Position numbers and translations under genes: made by a program
The notes under the pieces: generated by a model
Told to the model about the DNA's origin: nothing
What the model saw: only the letters and a program-made list of their open reading frames with translations
The model's database searches: none
Shown: piece by piece, positions 41,321 to 50,577 of the stretch
Layout of the letters: each line of letters opens with the position of its first letter
Position numbering within the stretch: the stretch's first letter is position 1
Source: an uncultured Elusimicrobia bacterium
GTDB taxonomy: Bacteria > Elusimicrobiota > Elusimicrobia > 2-01-FULL-59-12
Assembly (NCBI GenBank): GCA_964441955.1
Contig: CAYTWA010000004.1
Span: forward strand, 149,541 to 213,540
Length of the DNA: 64,000 bases
Direction of reading: 5' to 3'

Positions 41321-43027
41321 TTAAAGGCTGGGCGTGCCGCCGTATTTTGCAAAGGTATTCCCTGAACTTTTAAACCCGGGACCCGTCGTAATCGACAACA
41401 CCCATTTGTTTTCTCCCGGGTATTTCCTTAGAGCATAGGCCATGTCGATGCGAATGACGCTGCCGCCGGAAGCTCGGGTGAGGCCAATGCGAAGGCCTGC
41501 GCCCACGTTGGCCTGCATGTCTCGAAGAGCCATTTTTTCGCCGGAGGGCTGGACTTGTCCGGCGTCAAAAAACGTCGCGGCGCCAAAAATAAATAAGTGC
41601 AGGAATTCCTTCGGGTAAAACACTCGTCCCTCCAAGTTCATGAGCATGCTTTTGTTTCCATTGAAGGCCGTGTTTTTATAACCGCGCAAGCCCGTATCGC
41701 CGCCTAACTCCAACTGGTTTTGCGCGTCGGCATTTTGCACATAGGCGCCTTCCACGTGCAGCACCCCCGTCATCGGGACCACGGTGACGCGGTGGCGGTA
41801 CATATTGACGTTTGCAAAATAGAGCGTGTTGGTCGCACGCCCGCCCCGCTGGCCTGTCTCATAAAGATAATACCGGCCCGTGCTTCCATAGGAGGCAGTG
41901 CCAAACCAGGCGCCCTCCCCGCCAAAGCCGAAGGCGTGTGCGGCGGTAAAGGGCAGCGAGTTTTCAGAGGACCCGAGTTTTTTCCCGAAATACCCAAGAC
42001 CGGTTTGCGCGCGGTGGCCTAAATTAAAATCCTCGACGCGGTCCACGCGATCGATATAGGTTTCTTTGATGAACCGGGATTCCTCGTAGGTCCAGGTGGT
42101 CTGTGGGCCGGAGAACGTGCGGTTGGGCGGCATTTGGGTGAGGTCCGATTGCGGTTGAGCGCTGAAAACCTCTTCGCGGTATTGGTAGCTTTGTATCAAA
42201 CGATGCGCCGAGCCTTCTTTTCCTTTTAAAAGATAACCAAAGGATGGGTTCACGCTGAATGCATCCCGCTGATAGCGGTTGATTTCTTGACCCGCCTCAA
42301 AAATTTTCTGCAAGCGCGTTTCGTTTTCAAAATCGATCCCTAAGGCATAGCGCGTCGCCAAAGAAAAGAACGGCCGGTTGAGCGCAACGTGCTGACTGTT
42401 GCCGGTGGGGAAAGCTTCAAACTTGGAATCGAGCGTAAATCGCGTCCCGAACAACAACGGGTCTTTATAGCCCAATTCATGAGCCACGCCGTCGCGGTCC
42501 TTTTTATAAAAATAAGAAAGTTGCTTGCCGTAGCCGAGAAAGTTTTCCTCTAGGAAGCCGGTCGATATTTTTGTCTCACCGCCTTCTTGTCCGTAATTAA
42601 ACTGGGGTTGCAGCGTCCAAGTGTCTTGAGTTTTGATCACCAAATCGACCTGCCCGCCTGGGACTGGTTCCGTCGTTATTTCCGCGGATTTAATGAAGCT
42701 TTGAGCACGTAGAATACGTTCCGATTCTTCCAATAGTTCTTTGGTCGTGCCTTGGCCGGGTTTGGCGAGGAGAAACCCGCGGATGACGCGGTCACGCGTG
42801 CGAATATGGATGCGGTTTGCGACCTGAAAGATAGCCGCATTTTCTCCCGGCACCGCCGGGTCGAAAACGTTCTGTACGTCGATGCGAATCTCTCGTATCT
42901 GCACCGGCTCGAGGCGTGGCTTTCGCCGCAGCGCGTGAGCTTCCTGCGCCAGAAGGATGATTGCAACGAAGAAGACAGTCCTGTTAAACTGGGCCCAATA
43001 TGAAATTACGTCTTTTAATCGCGGCAT
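41321..43027 (-). CDS. Omp85/BamA-family outer-membrane protein (POTRA + beta-barrel)
   Basis: 568 aa with a signal peptide (VFFVAIILLAQEAHA). A POTRA-like 'IREIRIDVQNVFDP...' precedes a beta-barrel with 'FFDAGQV...VGAGLRIGL...IRIDMAYAL'. Confidence 0.75.
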   Translation of the reverse strand: MPRLKDVISYWAQFNRTVFFVAIILLAQEAHALRRKPRLEPVQIREIRIDVQNVFDPAVPGENAAIFQVANRIHIRTRDRVIRGFLLAKPGQGTTKELLEESERILRAQSFIKSAEITTEPVPGGQVDLVIKTQDTWTLQPQFNYGQEGGETKISTGFLEENFLGYGKQLSYFYKKDRDGVAHELGYKDPLLFGTRFTLDSKFEAFPTGNSQHVALNRPFFSLATRYALGIDFENETRLQKIFEAGQEINRYQRDAFSVNPSFGYLLKGKEGSAHRLIQSYQYREEVFSAQPQSDLTQMPPNRTFSGPQTTWTYEESRFIKETYIDRVDRVEDFNLGHRAQTGLGYFGKKLGSSENSLPFTAAHAFGFGGEGAWFGTASYGSTGRYYLYETGQRGGRATNTLYFANVNMYRHRVTVVPMTGVLHVEGAYVQNADAQNQLELGGDTGLRGYKNTAFNGNKSMLMNLEGRVFYPKEFLHLFIFGAATFFDAGQVQPSGEKMALRDMQANVGAGLRIGLTRASGGSVIRIDMAYALRKYPGENKWVLSITTGPGFKSSGNTFAKYGGTPSL

Positions 43028-45081
43028 GGATGGTGTTGGCGGGAGGGCTTCTTCCTGCAGAAGAAGCCTCCAGTGATGCGGATGCGTTGACGGCTTATGC
43101 GCGGGGTGATTTTAAGACCGCATTTAAATTGTTGAGCACCATGGCCGTTCGCGGCAACACCTTCGCCCAATTCACAATGGGAAAAATGTACGCGCGCGGG
43201 GAAGGCGTGCCCCGCGACATGAAGAAGGCCGTCCTTTATTACCGCCAAGCCGCCGAACAAGGTGTCGTTGTTGCACAGTATCACTTGGCCAAAGTGTATG
43301 AAGAAGGAGACGGTTTTCCCAAGGATCTTCCGCAAGCAGCGGTGTGGTACGCCAAAGCCGCCGAGCAAGGGGATGCGGACGCGCAATTTGCATTGGGCAA
43401 ACTTTATTTAAACCCGGATTCCGGTTTAGCCGACCCGCAGAAGGCGGTGGGTTGGTTTGAAAAAGCTTCTCAGCAGAATGTCTCGGGCGCCATGTACGCT
43501 TTAGGGTCTCTCTACCGGCAAGGGAAGGGCGTTGCCGTCGATCCCGCACATGCCGCCGCCTGGTACCGAAAAGGAGCCGAGCAAGGTTATGCGCAATCCC
43601 AATTTGAATACGGAAAAATCCTTCTAACAGGCAATGGTGTAGCCAAAGACGAAAAGGGGGCCGCCGCTTGGCTCTCCAAAGCCACCGAACAAGCCGACCG
43701 GGAGGCTCAATTTCTACTCGGGAAAATGTACGAAGAGGGGCAAGGTGTGGCCAAGGAACCGGCTCGCGCCGCGGAACTCTACGCCGCCTCGGCTGACAAA
43801 GGCCATCCGGATGCGCAATTTCATTTGGCGGAAATGTTTGCTTATGGGCGGGGTATAGCGCCTGATCCGAATGCGGCTTTATCGTGGTATCAGCAGGCCG
43901 CGTCGCAGGGGGACGCGCGAGCGCAGTTTCGCTTAGGCCTGCCGAAGAATGCTGAAAAAGCCGCCGTCATCAGCCGAAAAGCGGCTGAAGCGGGCATGCC
44001 CGAAGCGGCTTATTTTTTAGGCGTGGCCTATGCCTCCGGGTCAGGCGTCTCTAAGGACCTCGGCGCCGCCGCCAAGTGGTATCGCCAGGCCGCGGATGCG
44101 GGAATAGCGGAGGCGCAGTACAACCTCGCGCTCATGTATGCCTCTGGTGAAGGCGTCGCAAAAGATGTGGAACAAGCCAAAGTGTGGTATCAGAAGGCCG
44201 CGGAAAAAGGCATTTCGGAAGCTCAGTTGGCTTTGGCCGCTTTATTGGCGCAAGGCCCGTCGGCAAAACAAAACGCGTCCCAATCCGCCGAGTGGATGAA
44301 AAAGGCGGCTGAAGCCGGCAACGCGGATGCGCAAGCCTATTTTGCATTTGCACTTTTAAATGGGGAAGGCGTGGCCAAAAACCCTACTCAAGCGGCCATC
44401 TGGTTTTCAAAGTCGGCCGAACAGGGAAACGTCGATGCATGGGTTCAGTTGGGGGCTATGTCGCTCCAAGGAATCGGCGTTTCTAAAGATGAAGCCAAGG
44501 CCGCTTCTTATTTTCAGAAAGCCGCGGAAAAAGGCCATCTGCCTTCCCAGCTTCAATTGGCCTATATGGGGGAAGCAGGAATCGGCATACCCAAGGATCT
44601 TTCTAAATCAGCTGACTGGTATCAAAAAGCTGCTGATGCTGGAAGCGCCGACGCGCAACTTCGTTTAGGGGCCATGTATTTTTTAGGCGAAGGAGTGGGC
44701 AAGGACCTTGGGAAAACGCTTCATTATTATGAAAAAGCCGCCGCTCAAAATAACGCCGATGCACAATTTCGCCTCGGAGTCATTTACGAAACCGGCGCAG
44801 GCGTTTCCACGGACACGGTTAAAGCGGCTCAGTTTTATGAAAAAGCGGCAAACCAAGGCTTGGCATCTGCCCAGCTTCAGCTGGGCCAGCTGTATGCTCA
44901 AGGAATTGGAGTGAAGAAAAGCAATGCGCGTGCACGTGACCTCATTAAAAAAGCAGCTGAGGGTGGAAATAAAAGCGCGATGGAACTTCTTTCCCAAAGT
45001 TATCAAAACGGATGGTTAGGATTAGCGCAAGACCCCTCATTAGCCCGCAAATGGGCGTCAAAAGCCCGGCATGCTCGTTAA
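43000..45081 (+). CDS. Sel1-repeat (SLR/TPR-like) protein
   Basis: 693 aa with a signal peptide. About 18 tandem copies of the ~36-aa Sel1 unit are present ('A..WY.KAAEQG.A.AQ..LG.MY..G.GV.KD'). Confidence 0.9.
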   Translation: MKLRLLIAAWMVLAGGLLPAEEASSDADALTAYARGDFKTAFKLLSTMAVRGNTFAQFTMGKMYARGEGVPRDMKKAVLYYRQAAEQGVVVAQYHLAKVYEEGDGFPKDLPQAAVWYAKAAEQGDADAQFALGKLYLNPDSGLADPQKAVGWFEKASQQNVSGAMYALGSLYRQGKGVAVDPAHAAAWYRKGAEQGYAQSQFEYGKILLTGNGVAKDEKGAAAWLSKATEQADREAQFLLGKMYEEGQGVAKEPARAAELYAASADKGHPDAQFHLAEMFAYGRGIAPDPNAALSWYQQAASQGDARAQFRLGLPKNAEKAAVISRKAAEAGMPEAAYFLGVAYASGSGVSKDLGAAAKWYRQAADAGIAEAQYNLALMYASGEGVAKDVEQAKVWYQKAAEKGISEAQLALAALLAQGPSAKQNASQSAEWMKKAAEAGNADAQAYFAFALLNGEGVAKNPTQAAIWFSKSAEQGNVDAWVQLGAMSLQGIGVSKDEAKAASYFQKAAEKGHLPSQLQLAYMGEAGIGIPKDLSKSADWYQKAADAGSADAQLRLGAMYFLGEGVGKDLGKTLHYYEKAAAQNNADAQFRLGVIYETGAGVSTDTVKAAQFYEKAANQGLASAQLQLGQLYAQGIGVKKSNARARDLIKKAAEGGNKSAMELLSQSYQNGWLGLAQDPSLARKWASKARHAR

Positions 45082-45304
45082 AAACGCGTCTAAAAATAAA
45101 CAAATAATTAGATATAGACACAAAATCAAACCTCAATTAAGCTTTACAGTCAGAACATGTCTACAAATTAATCTGTTTTTTATTGCATAGTAGAAATCAA
45201 ATTTTGGTATTTACATTCGTTTACACATCATCTATCTATGACTCGTAACAATGAGTTTACTATCCAGATATTTGCGCGTAACATTCAAACGGCATACTGA
45301 GGCC

Positions 45305-46411
45305 ATGAAAATTACATTTCATCGAAACATTTTCGCCGCCGCGACCCTGACTTTGTTCGTCGGTTCTGGAGTACGTGCCTCGGTGGGAACGGAAGGGGCC
45401 TCTTTCTTAGATATTCCCGTTGGCGCGGGTCCGGCCGCAATGGGTTCTGCGTATACCGCTTTAGCCACCAACGCCTATGCTCCGACTTGGAACCCTGGTG
45501 CCATGGGGTTTGTCACGGGCAACGAAATGGCGTTTCAGCACCTTTCCTATTTAGAAGGCATTCACTACGAATATTTAAGTTTCGTCCACCCCTTGGCCAA
45601 AGGCCGCGACTCTGTGGTCAAGCACAGCCTCGGCCTCTCCGCGCAGTATTTAGGGTCAGGGGATATCGCGGGAACGGATACCAACGGCAATTCGATTGGA
45701 GATTTTTCAAGCCACTACGGCGCCTACAACCTGGCTTGGGGCATGACGCTTAGCGATAAACTGGGCGTCGGTGCGACGGGCAAAATCATCAATGCCAAAA
45801 TTGACGATGTGTCGGCCAATGCGTATGCCGTCGACCTGGGTACCTTATATAAGGTAACTGAAAAAGTTCAGGCGGGCGCTACGCTCACCAATGCCGGTTC
45901 AAAACTCAAATTTTTAAGCGAAGGCGATCCGCTTCCGATGGCGCTTCACGTGGGTGCGGCGTACCGCCCCAATGGCCGCTACCTAGCCTCCACCGAAGTG
46001 GTCTATCGCAAAAATGGGCTGGCCAGCTTCCACGTGGGAGGCGAGTGGCGCCCAATCGAAGCGTTCTCGTTTCGCACGGGCTACAAAACGGATACGCTGG
46101 ATGGGTTGTCGCCCATCGCTGGGTTAACCGCCGGCATCGGCTTGCATTTGTGGGGACAAGAATTTGCCTATGCTTGGGCGCCTTACGGCGATTTGGGCAA
46201 TGCTCAATATTTTTCGATGCTGGTTAAATTCGGTGCACGCGCGGAAGAGCGCCGCAACCTCATCCAATATCAAAAAATCAAAAAGCACCGCACGGTACAA
46301 AAAGACAACAAGACGGATGACCTCGAACCGGAATATCAACAGTTAATGCAACTTCTCTCCGAGCAAGACGTTCACATGGCGCAATCCGAGCGAGATGGGG
46401 TGGCCCGATGA
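45305..46411 (+). CDS. PorV/PorQ-like (UPF0164-type) outer-membrane beta-barrel protein
   Basis: The tracked ORF is trimmed to 'MKITFHRNIFAAATLTLFVGSGVRA'. 'GASFLDIPVGAGPAAMGSAYTALATNAYAPTWNPGAMGF' matches the family's N-terminal signature as I recall it. An alternating-strand pattern runs throughout. Confidence 0.6.
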   Translation: MKITFHRNIFAAATLTLFVGSGVRASVGTEGASFLDIPVGAGPAAMGSAYTALATNAYAPTWNPGAMGFVTGNEMAFQHLSYLEGIHYEYLSFVHPLAKGRDSVVKHSLGLSAQYLGSGDIAGTDTNGNSIGDFSSHYGAYNLAWGMTLSDKLGVGATGKIINAKIDDVSANAYAVDLGTLYKVTEKVQAGATLTNAGSKLKFLSEGDPLPMALHVGAAYRPNGRYLASTEVVYRKNGLASFHVGGEWRPIEAFSFRTGYKTDTLDGLSPIAGLTAGIGLHLWGQEFAYAWAPYGDLGNAQYFSMLVKFGARAEERRNLIQYQKIKKHRTVQKDNKTDDLEPEYQQLMQLLSEQDVHMAQSERDGVAR

Positions 46412-46761
46412 ACCCGAAACGACTCCTTTTAGCCATGATGGCCATCGGGTTGGGGTCGAGCTTAGGATTTGCCAGCATCATGATCAGCTCGACCCTGGAT
46501 GGGGTACGCGTTTACCCAAACCCATGGCGGGCCGACCAGCACGCCGGGGCGGTGACGTTTGATCAATTGCCGTCTATGACCACCGTAAAAATATTTACCT
46601 TAAGCGGAATGTTCGTCAAAGCCTTGGATGCGGATGCCGGTTCGGCCACATGGGATCTCACCAACGACGCGGGCGATAAAGTGGCCAGCGGTATCTACTT
46701 CTACGTCCTCCTCACTGACGACGGCCAAGAATTCAAAGGCAAACTCGCCGTCATCAAGTAG
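46408..46761 (+). CDS. Small secreted protein consisting essentially of a T9SS-type C-terminal sorting (FlgD-Ig-like) domain
   Basis: 117 aa with an ATGA overlap with the PorV-like gene. After the signal peptide comes 'VRVYPNPWR...VTF..LP..TTVKIFTLSGMFVKAL...ATWDLTNDAGDKVASGIYFYVL...KGKLAVIK', which follows the Por_Secre_tail pattern. Confidence 0.6.
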   Translation: MNPKRLLLAMMAIGLGSSLGFASIMISSTLDGVRVYPNPWRADQHAGAVTFDQLPSMTTVKIFTLSGMFVKALDADAGSATWDLTNDAGDKVASGIYFYVLLTDDGQEFKGKLAVIK

Positions 46762-46785
46762 TTTTTCTCTTCTAAAATAACCCTC

Positions 46786-47169
46786 ATGAGCCCCACAGAA
46801 GTCCGTGTTTTTACACAACGAGAAATGGCGCAACAATGGGTCAAGGGCGCCGTGCTTTTTGACAACGGTCAATACCAAGCCCATGCCAGCCGCCGCGAAA
46901 AACCCGGCATGGCCGAAGTACACACCTTAGACACCGACATTTTTCACATGGTCGAAGGCGAAGCCACAGTTGTGACTGGCGGCACAGTCCCCGATCTAAA
47001 ACTCACCGAACCCAATGAATACCGTGGGAGTGTCATTGAGGGGGGGCAAACGTATGTGCTTAAAAAAGGTGATGTGATCGTAATCCCCGCCGGCGTCCCT
47101 CATTGGTTTGTTTCGGTCACCCAGCCGTTTCTTTATTTCACCGTCAAAGTTCGTCACGCCTCCGCGTAA
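46786..47169 (+). CDS. Cupin-fold protein
   Basis: 127 aa. 'EVHTLDTDIFHMVEGEATVV' and 'GDVIVIPAGVPHWF' correspond to cupin motifs 1 and 2. Confidence 0.6.
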   Translation: MSPTEVRVFTQREMAQQWVKGAVLFDNGQYQAHASRREKPGMAEVHTLDTDIFHMVEGEATVVTGGTVPDLKLTEPNEYRGSVIEGGQTYVLKKGDVIVIPAGVPHWFVSVTQPFLYFTVKVRHASA

Positions 47170-47220
47170 TCTTTCGAAGCGTTTGTAAGAAAACGAGATT
47201 CCGCTGCACCTACCGGTGCG

Positions 47221-49239
47221 ATGGAACAGAAACGTTTTGATCGGAAAGCGGAATGGCTCGAGACCGATGGGCTGGGTGGGTTTGCCTCGGGTACCGTAGA
47301 GGGCATCCGCACGCGGCGCTATCACGCGCTGCTCTTGGTCGCCACCACACCGCCCACCGGGCGCGTGGCCCTCGTCAACGGGTTTGAAGCCTGGGTGGAA
47401 ACACCGGAAGGCCGCACCTCTTTAACGTCGCAGCGCTACACGCCGGATGTCATTCATCCCGATGGGCACCAGCAGTTGATCGACTTTACGCCTCAGCCGT
47501 GGCCGACTTGGACCTTTCGTCTGGCCGAGGGCACCTCCATTCAGCAGTCGCTATTCATCCCCCATGGACAAGCAGCGGTGGTCCTCACCTGGAAACTTCT
47601 CACTCCGCGGCCGGCTTGCACACTGCCCCGTCAACCATTAAGCTCGCCTCAGGCGAGCGATATCGACGGGACTGCACCGTCAAATAATAACTCCAATAAG
47701 AAGACGGTGCTGTTTGTCCGCCCCCTTTTATCCGGGCGCGATTATCACGCGCTCCACCATGAAAATACGTCGTTTAACTTCACGGCCAAAGAATCGGCCT
47801 CCGATGTGGAATGGCACCCTTACTTCGACCTTCCCAAAATTCAGGCGCGGTCCAACGGAACCTATCAGCACGACCCCGCCTGGTACCGAAACTTTCTTTA
47901 TCTAGAAGAAAAAAACCGCGGCCTCGATTCCATGGAAGATTTGGCGAGTCCTGGAATTTTCAAATGGGATCTTTCGGCAGGCGAAGCGCAGTGGGCCCTC
48001 TCCACGCAACCGCTCGAAGCGTCCGTGCATATTCTTCGCGCCCAAGAGCGCACCCGCCGCCGTGCGTTTGCTTCGCCCCTTCTTAAAGCCGCCGATGATT
48101 ATGTGGTTCAGCGCGGCACCGGCAAAACCATCGTGGCGGGCTACCCCTGGTTTACGGATTGGGGGCGCGACACCTTTATCGCCTTGCGAGGGTTGTGCGT
48201 GGCCGGCGGGCGTTTGGACGTCGCCCGGCAAATTCTTCTCGAGTGGGCGGGCGTGGTGTCGGAGGGCATGCTGCCGAACTTATTTCCTGACCGTGGCGGC
48301 ACACCCGAATACAACTCGGTGGATGCGTCTCTGTGGTACATCATCGCCATTCACGATTACCGCCAAGCCTCCTGTGAAAACCCGGAAGCGCTGACAAAGG
48401 CCGTTGATGCGATATTGGACGGCTACACAGAAGGGACACGCTTTGGCATCCGCATGGACACCGATGGGCTTCTGGCTTGCGGCGCGCCGGGCGCTCAGCT
48501 CACCTGGATGGATGCCAAAGTGGGGGACTGGGTAGTGACACCGCGCAGCGGTAAGCCGGTGGAGATCCAAGCCCTCTGGATCAACGCGCTCCGGATCGCC
48601 GGGCGCACGGTGGCCGCAGAGAAAGCGCAAGCGGCGTTTGAAAAAAGGTTTTGGAATGAGGCCACGCGAAGCCTCTTCGATGTAGTGGACGCCGCCCACA
48701 TGCGCGGCCTGAACGACGCCACCCTTCGCCCAAACCAAATTTTTGCTGTCGGCGGTTTGCCCTTTCCTTTACTTAAAGGCGAAAAAGCCCAGCTTGTGGT
48801 GGAAACGGTTGAGCGTGAACTCTTAACACCGCTCGGCCTGCGCTCGCTGGCGCCGCACGAAAAGGCTTACGCGCCGCGTTACGAAGGCGGCGTCTTGCCG
48901 CGTGACGGCTCGTATCACCAGGGCACGGTGTGGCCCTGGCTAATGGGCGCGTTTGCGGAGGCCTGGCTGCGCGTTCACGCCCACGACCCTCTTTCCAAAA
49001 CCACGGCGCGGGAGCGATTTGTCCAACCCCTTTTAACGCATCTGGAAGAAGCCGGCCTTGGCCACGTCTCAGAAATTGCCGATGCCGATTTCCCGCACAC
49101 CCCCCGCGGCTGCCCGTTTCAAGCCTGGTCGCTGGGTGAGCTCATTCGGATGGAGCGTCTTCTTTCTCCTGAGCCAACGGAGCTTGTAAGAAATCCCACC
49201 CCTCGCGCACTGACAGGTAGCCGCACCCAAACCCACTAA
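47221..49239 (+). CDS. Glycogen debranching enzyme (amylo-alpha-1,6-glucosidase, GDE_N + GDE_C)
   Basis: 672 aa. 'EWLETDGLGGFASGTVEGIRTRRYHALL', 'GYPWFTDWGRDTFIAL', 'SVDASLWYI', 'LTWMDAKVGDWVVTPR.GKPVEIQALW' and 'YHQGTVWPWL' are present. Confidence 0.85.
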   Translation: MEQKRFDRKAEWLETDGLGGFASGTVEGIRTRRYHALLLVATTPPTGRVALVNGFEAWVETPEGRTSLTSQRYTPDVIHPDGHQQLIDFTPQPWPTWTFRLAEGTSIQQSLFIPHGQAAVVLTWKLLTPRPACTLPRQPLSSPQASDIDGTAPSNNNSNKKTVLFVRPLLSGRDYHALHHENTSFNFTAKESASDVEWHPYFDLPKIQARSNGTYQHDPAWYRNFLYLEEKNRGLDSMEDLASPGIFKWDLSAGEAQWALSTQPLEASVHILRAQERTRRRAFASPLLKAADDYVVQRGTGKTIVAGYPWFTDWGRDTFIALRGLCVAGGRLDVARQILLEWAGVVSEGMLPNLFPDRGGTPEYNSVDASLWYIIAIHDYRQASCENPEALTKAVDAILDGYTEGTRFGIRMDTDGLLACGAPGAQLTWMDAKVGDWVVTPRSGKPVEIQALWINALRIAGRTVAAEKAQAAFEKRFWNEATRSLFDVVDAAHMRGLNDATLRPNQIFAVGGLPFPLLKGEKAQLVVETVERELLTPLGLRSLAPHEKAYAPRYEGGVLPRDGSYHQGTVWPWLMGAFAEAWLRVHAHDPLSKTTARERFVQPLLTHLEEAGLGHVSEIADADFPHTPRGCPFQAWSLGELIRMERLLSPEPTELVRNPTPRALTGSRTQTH

Positions 49240-49249
49240 GGAGACTCGC

Positions 49250-49831
49250 ATGAAACGATTAACCCTCGCTCTGGCCGCTCTGACGCTTGGTTTGACCCAA
49301 GCCCACGCCGCCAACTACAAAATCGACCCGGATCACAGCACGGTGATGTTTAAAGTCCGGCACTTGATCGGCAAAGTCACCGGCCGTTTCGACCGCTTTA
49401 CCGGGACGTTTGTCTATGAAAAAGACAAACCCAAAGCCTGGAAAGCCGAGACCACCATTGAAGCCGCCAGCATCAACACGAACACAGCCAAGCGCGACGA
49501 GCACCTGCGCTCCGAGGATTTCTTCGATGTGAAGAATTACCCCACGCTCAAATTCGTATCGACCGGCGTCTCGGATATCCAAGGCAACAAATTCAAATTA
49601 AACGGCAAGCTCACGATTCATGGCGTCACCAAGACCGTCGCGCTCGATACGGAATTCCTGGGCGAAGGCAAAGACCCTTTCGGCAACGAGCAAGCCGACT
49701 TCGAAGCCCGCGTGAAAATTAACCGCAAGGATTACGGCCTCACTTGGAACCAAGCGGTGGAAACCGGAGGCGCGCTCGTAGGCGACGACGTGGAAATCGA
49801 ACTCGCGATCAGCGGCTACAAACAAAAGTGA
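49250..49831 (+). CDS. YceI-family periplasmic (polyisoprenoid-binding) protein
   Basis: 193 aa with a signal peptide. 'YKIDPDHSTVMFKVRHL.GKVTGRFDRFTG' and 'LTIHGVTK' are present. Confidence 0.85.
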   Translation: MKRLTLALAALTLGLTQAHAANYKIDPDHSTVMFKVRHLIGKVTGRFDRFTGTFVYEKDKPKAWKAETTIEAASINTNTAKRDEHLRSEDFFDVKNYPTLKFVSTGVSDIQGNKFKLNGKLTIHGVTKTVALDTEFLGEGKDPFGNEQADFEARVKINRKDYGLTWNQAVETGGALVGDDVEIELAISGYKQK

Positions 49832-50577
49832 AAACCGAAACTGTGATCGAAGGCGCACTCCTGGGGCTTTTTATGACCTCCGCTTGCCTCTTCACCGCGG
49901 TTTTGGAGCACCCGGCCTCTCCCGTCCGGCACGCCGTTTCCAACGGCCTGGCCCGGCGGGGGATGATGGGACTTTTGATGGGCGCCACCGCGGTCTTCCT
50001 TATATACAGCCCCTGGGGCAAACGCTCCGGTGCGCATATGAACCCCGCGGTGACGCTCACCTTCTGGCGCTTAGGGAAAATCAAAACGCGGCAGGCCCTC
50101 GCTTACATCACCGCGCAATTTACGGGCGGGTTGGTTGCTGTGTTTAGTCTCTCCGTTTTATTTCCGTGGCTTTCCAATCCAGCCGTTTCGTTCGCCGCTA
50201 CACGCCCCGGGTCGCATGGGGTGATCGCTGCTTGGTGGGGGGAATTCGTGATCGCATTCCTATTAATGAGTGTGGTGCTCATGGCCATGAACAGCCGTTT
50301 CAAACAATGGACGGGTGTCATTGCGGGGCTTCTGGTGTCGCTTTACATCACCTTCGAAGCGCCGATTTCCGGCATGAGCATGAACCCCGCACGCACGTTA
50401 GCGTCTGCCTGGCCCGCCGGCGTATGGAATTCCATTTGGATTTATTTCACTGCCCCCGTTTTGGCCATGTTGAGCGCGGCCACCCTATTTAAGGCGCTCG
50501 AACCGATGAATTTTTGCGCGAAGCTCATCCACGACACCAATTATCGCTGCTTGTTCTGCGAAGGGAGACCCTCATGA
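49828..50577 (+). CDS. MIP-family channel (aquaporin/aquaglyceroporin-like)
   Basis: The tracked ORF is trimmed to a GTG that overlaps the yceI stop as GTGA. Two NPA boxes are present ('HMNPAVTL', 'SMNPARTL') with six TM helices. The Cys-rich tail 'CAKLIHDTNYRCLFCEG' is unusual. Confidence 0.8.
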   Translation: MKTETVIEGALLGLFMTSACLFTAVLEHPASPVRHAVSNGLARRGMMGLLMGATAVFLIYSPWGKRSGAHMNPAVTLTFWRLGKIKTRQALAYITAQFTGGLVAVFSLSVLFPWLSNPAVSFAATRPGSHGVIAAWWGEFVIAFLLMSVVLMAMNSRFKQWTGVIAGLLVSLYITFEAPISGMSMNPARTLASAWPAGVWNSIWIYFTAPVLAMLSAATLFKALEPMNFCAKLIHDTNYRCLFCEGRPS

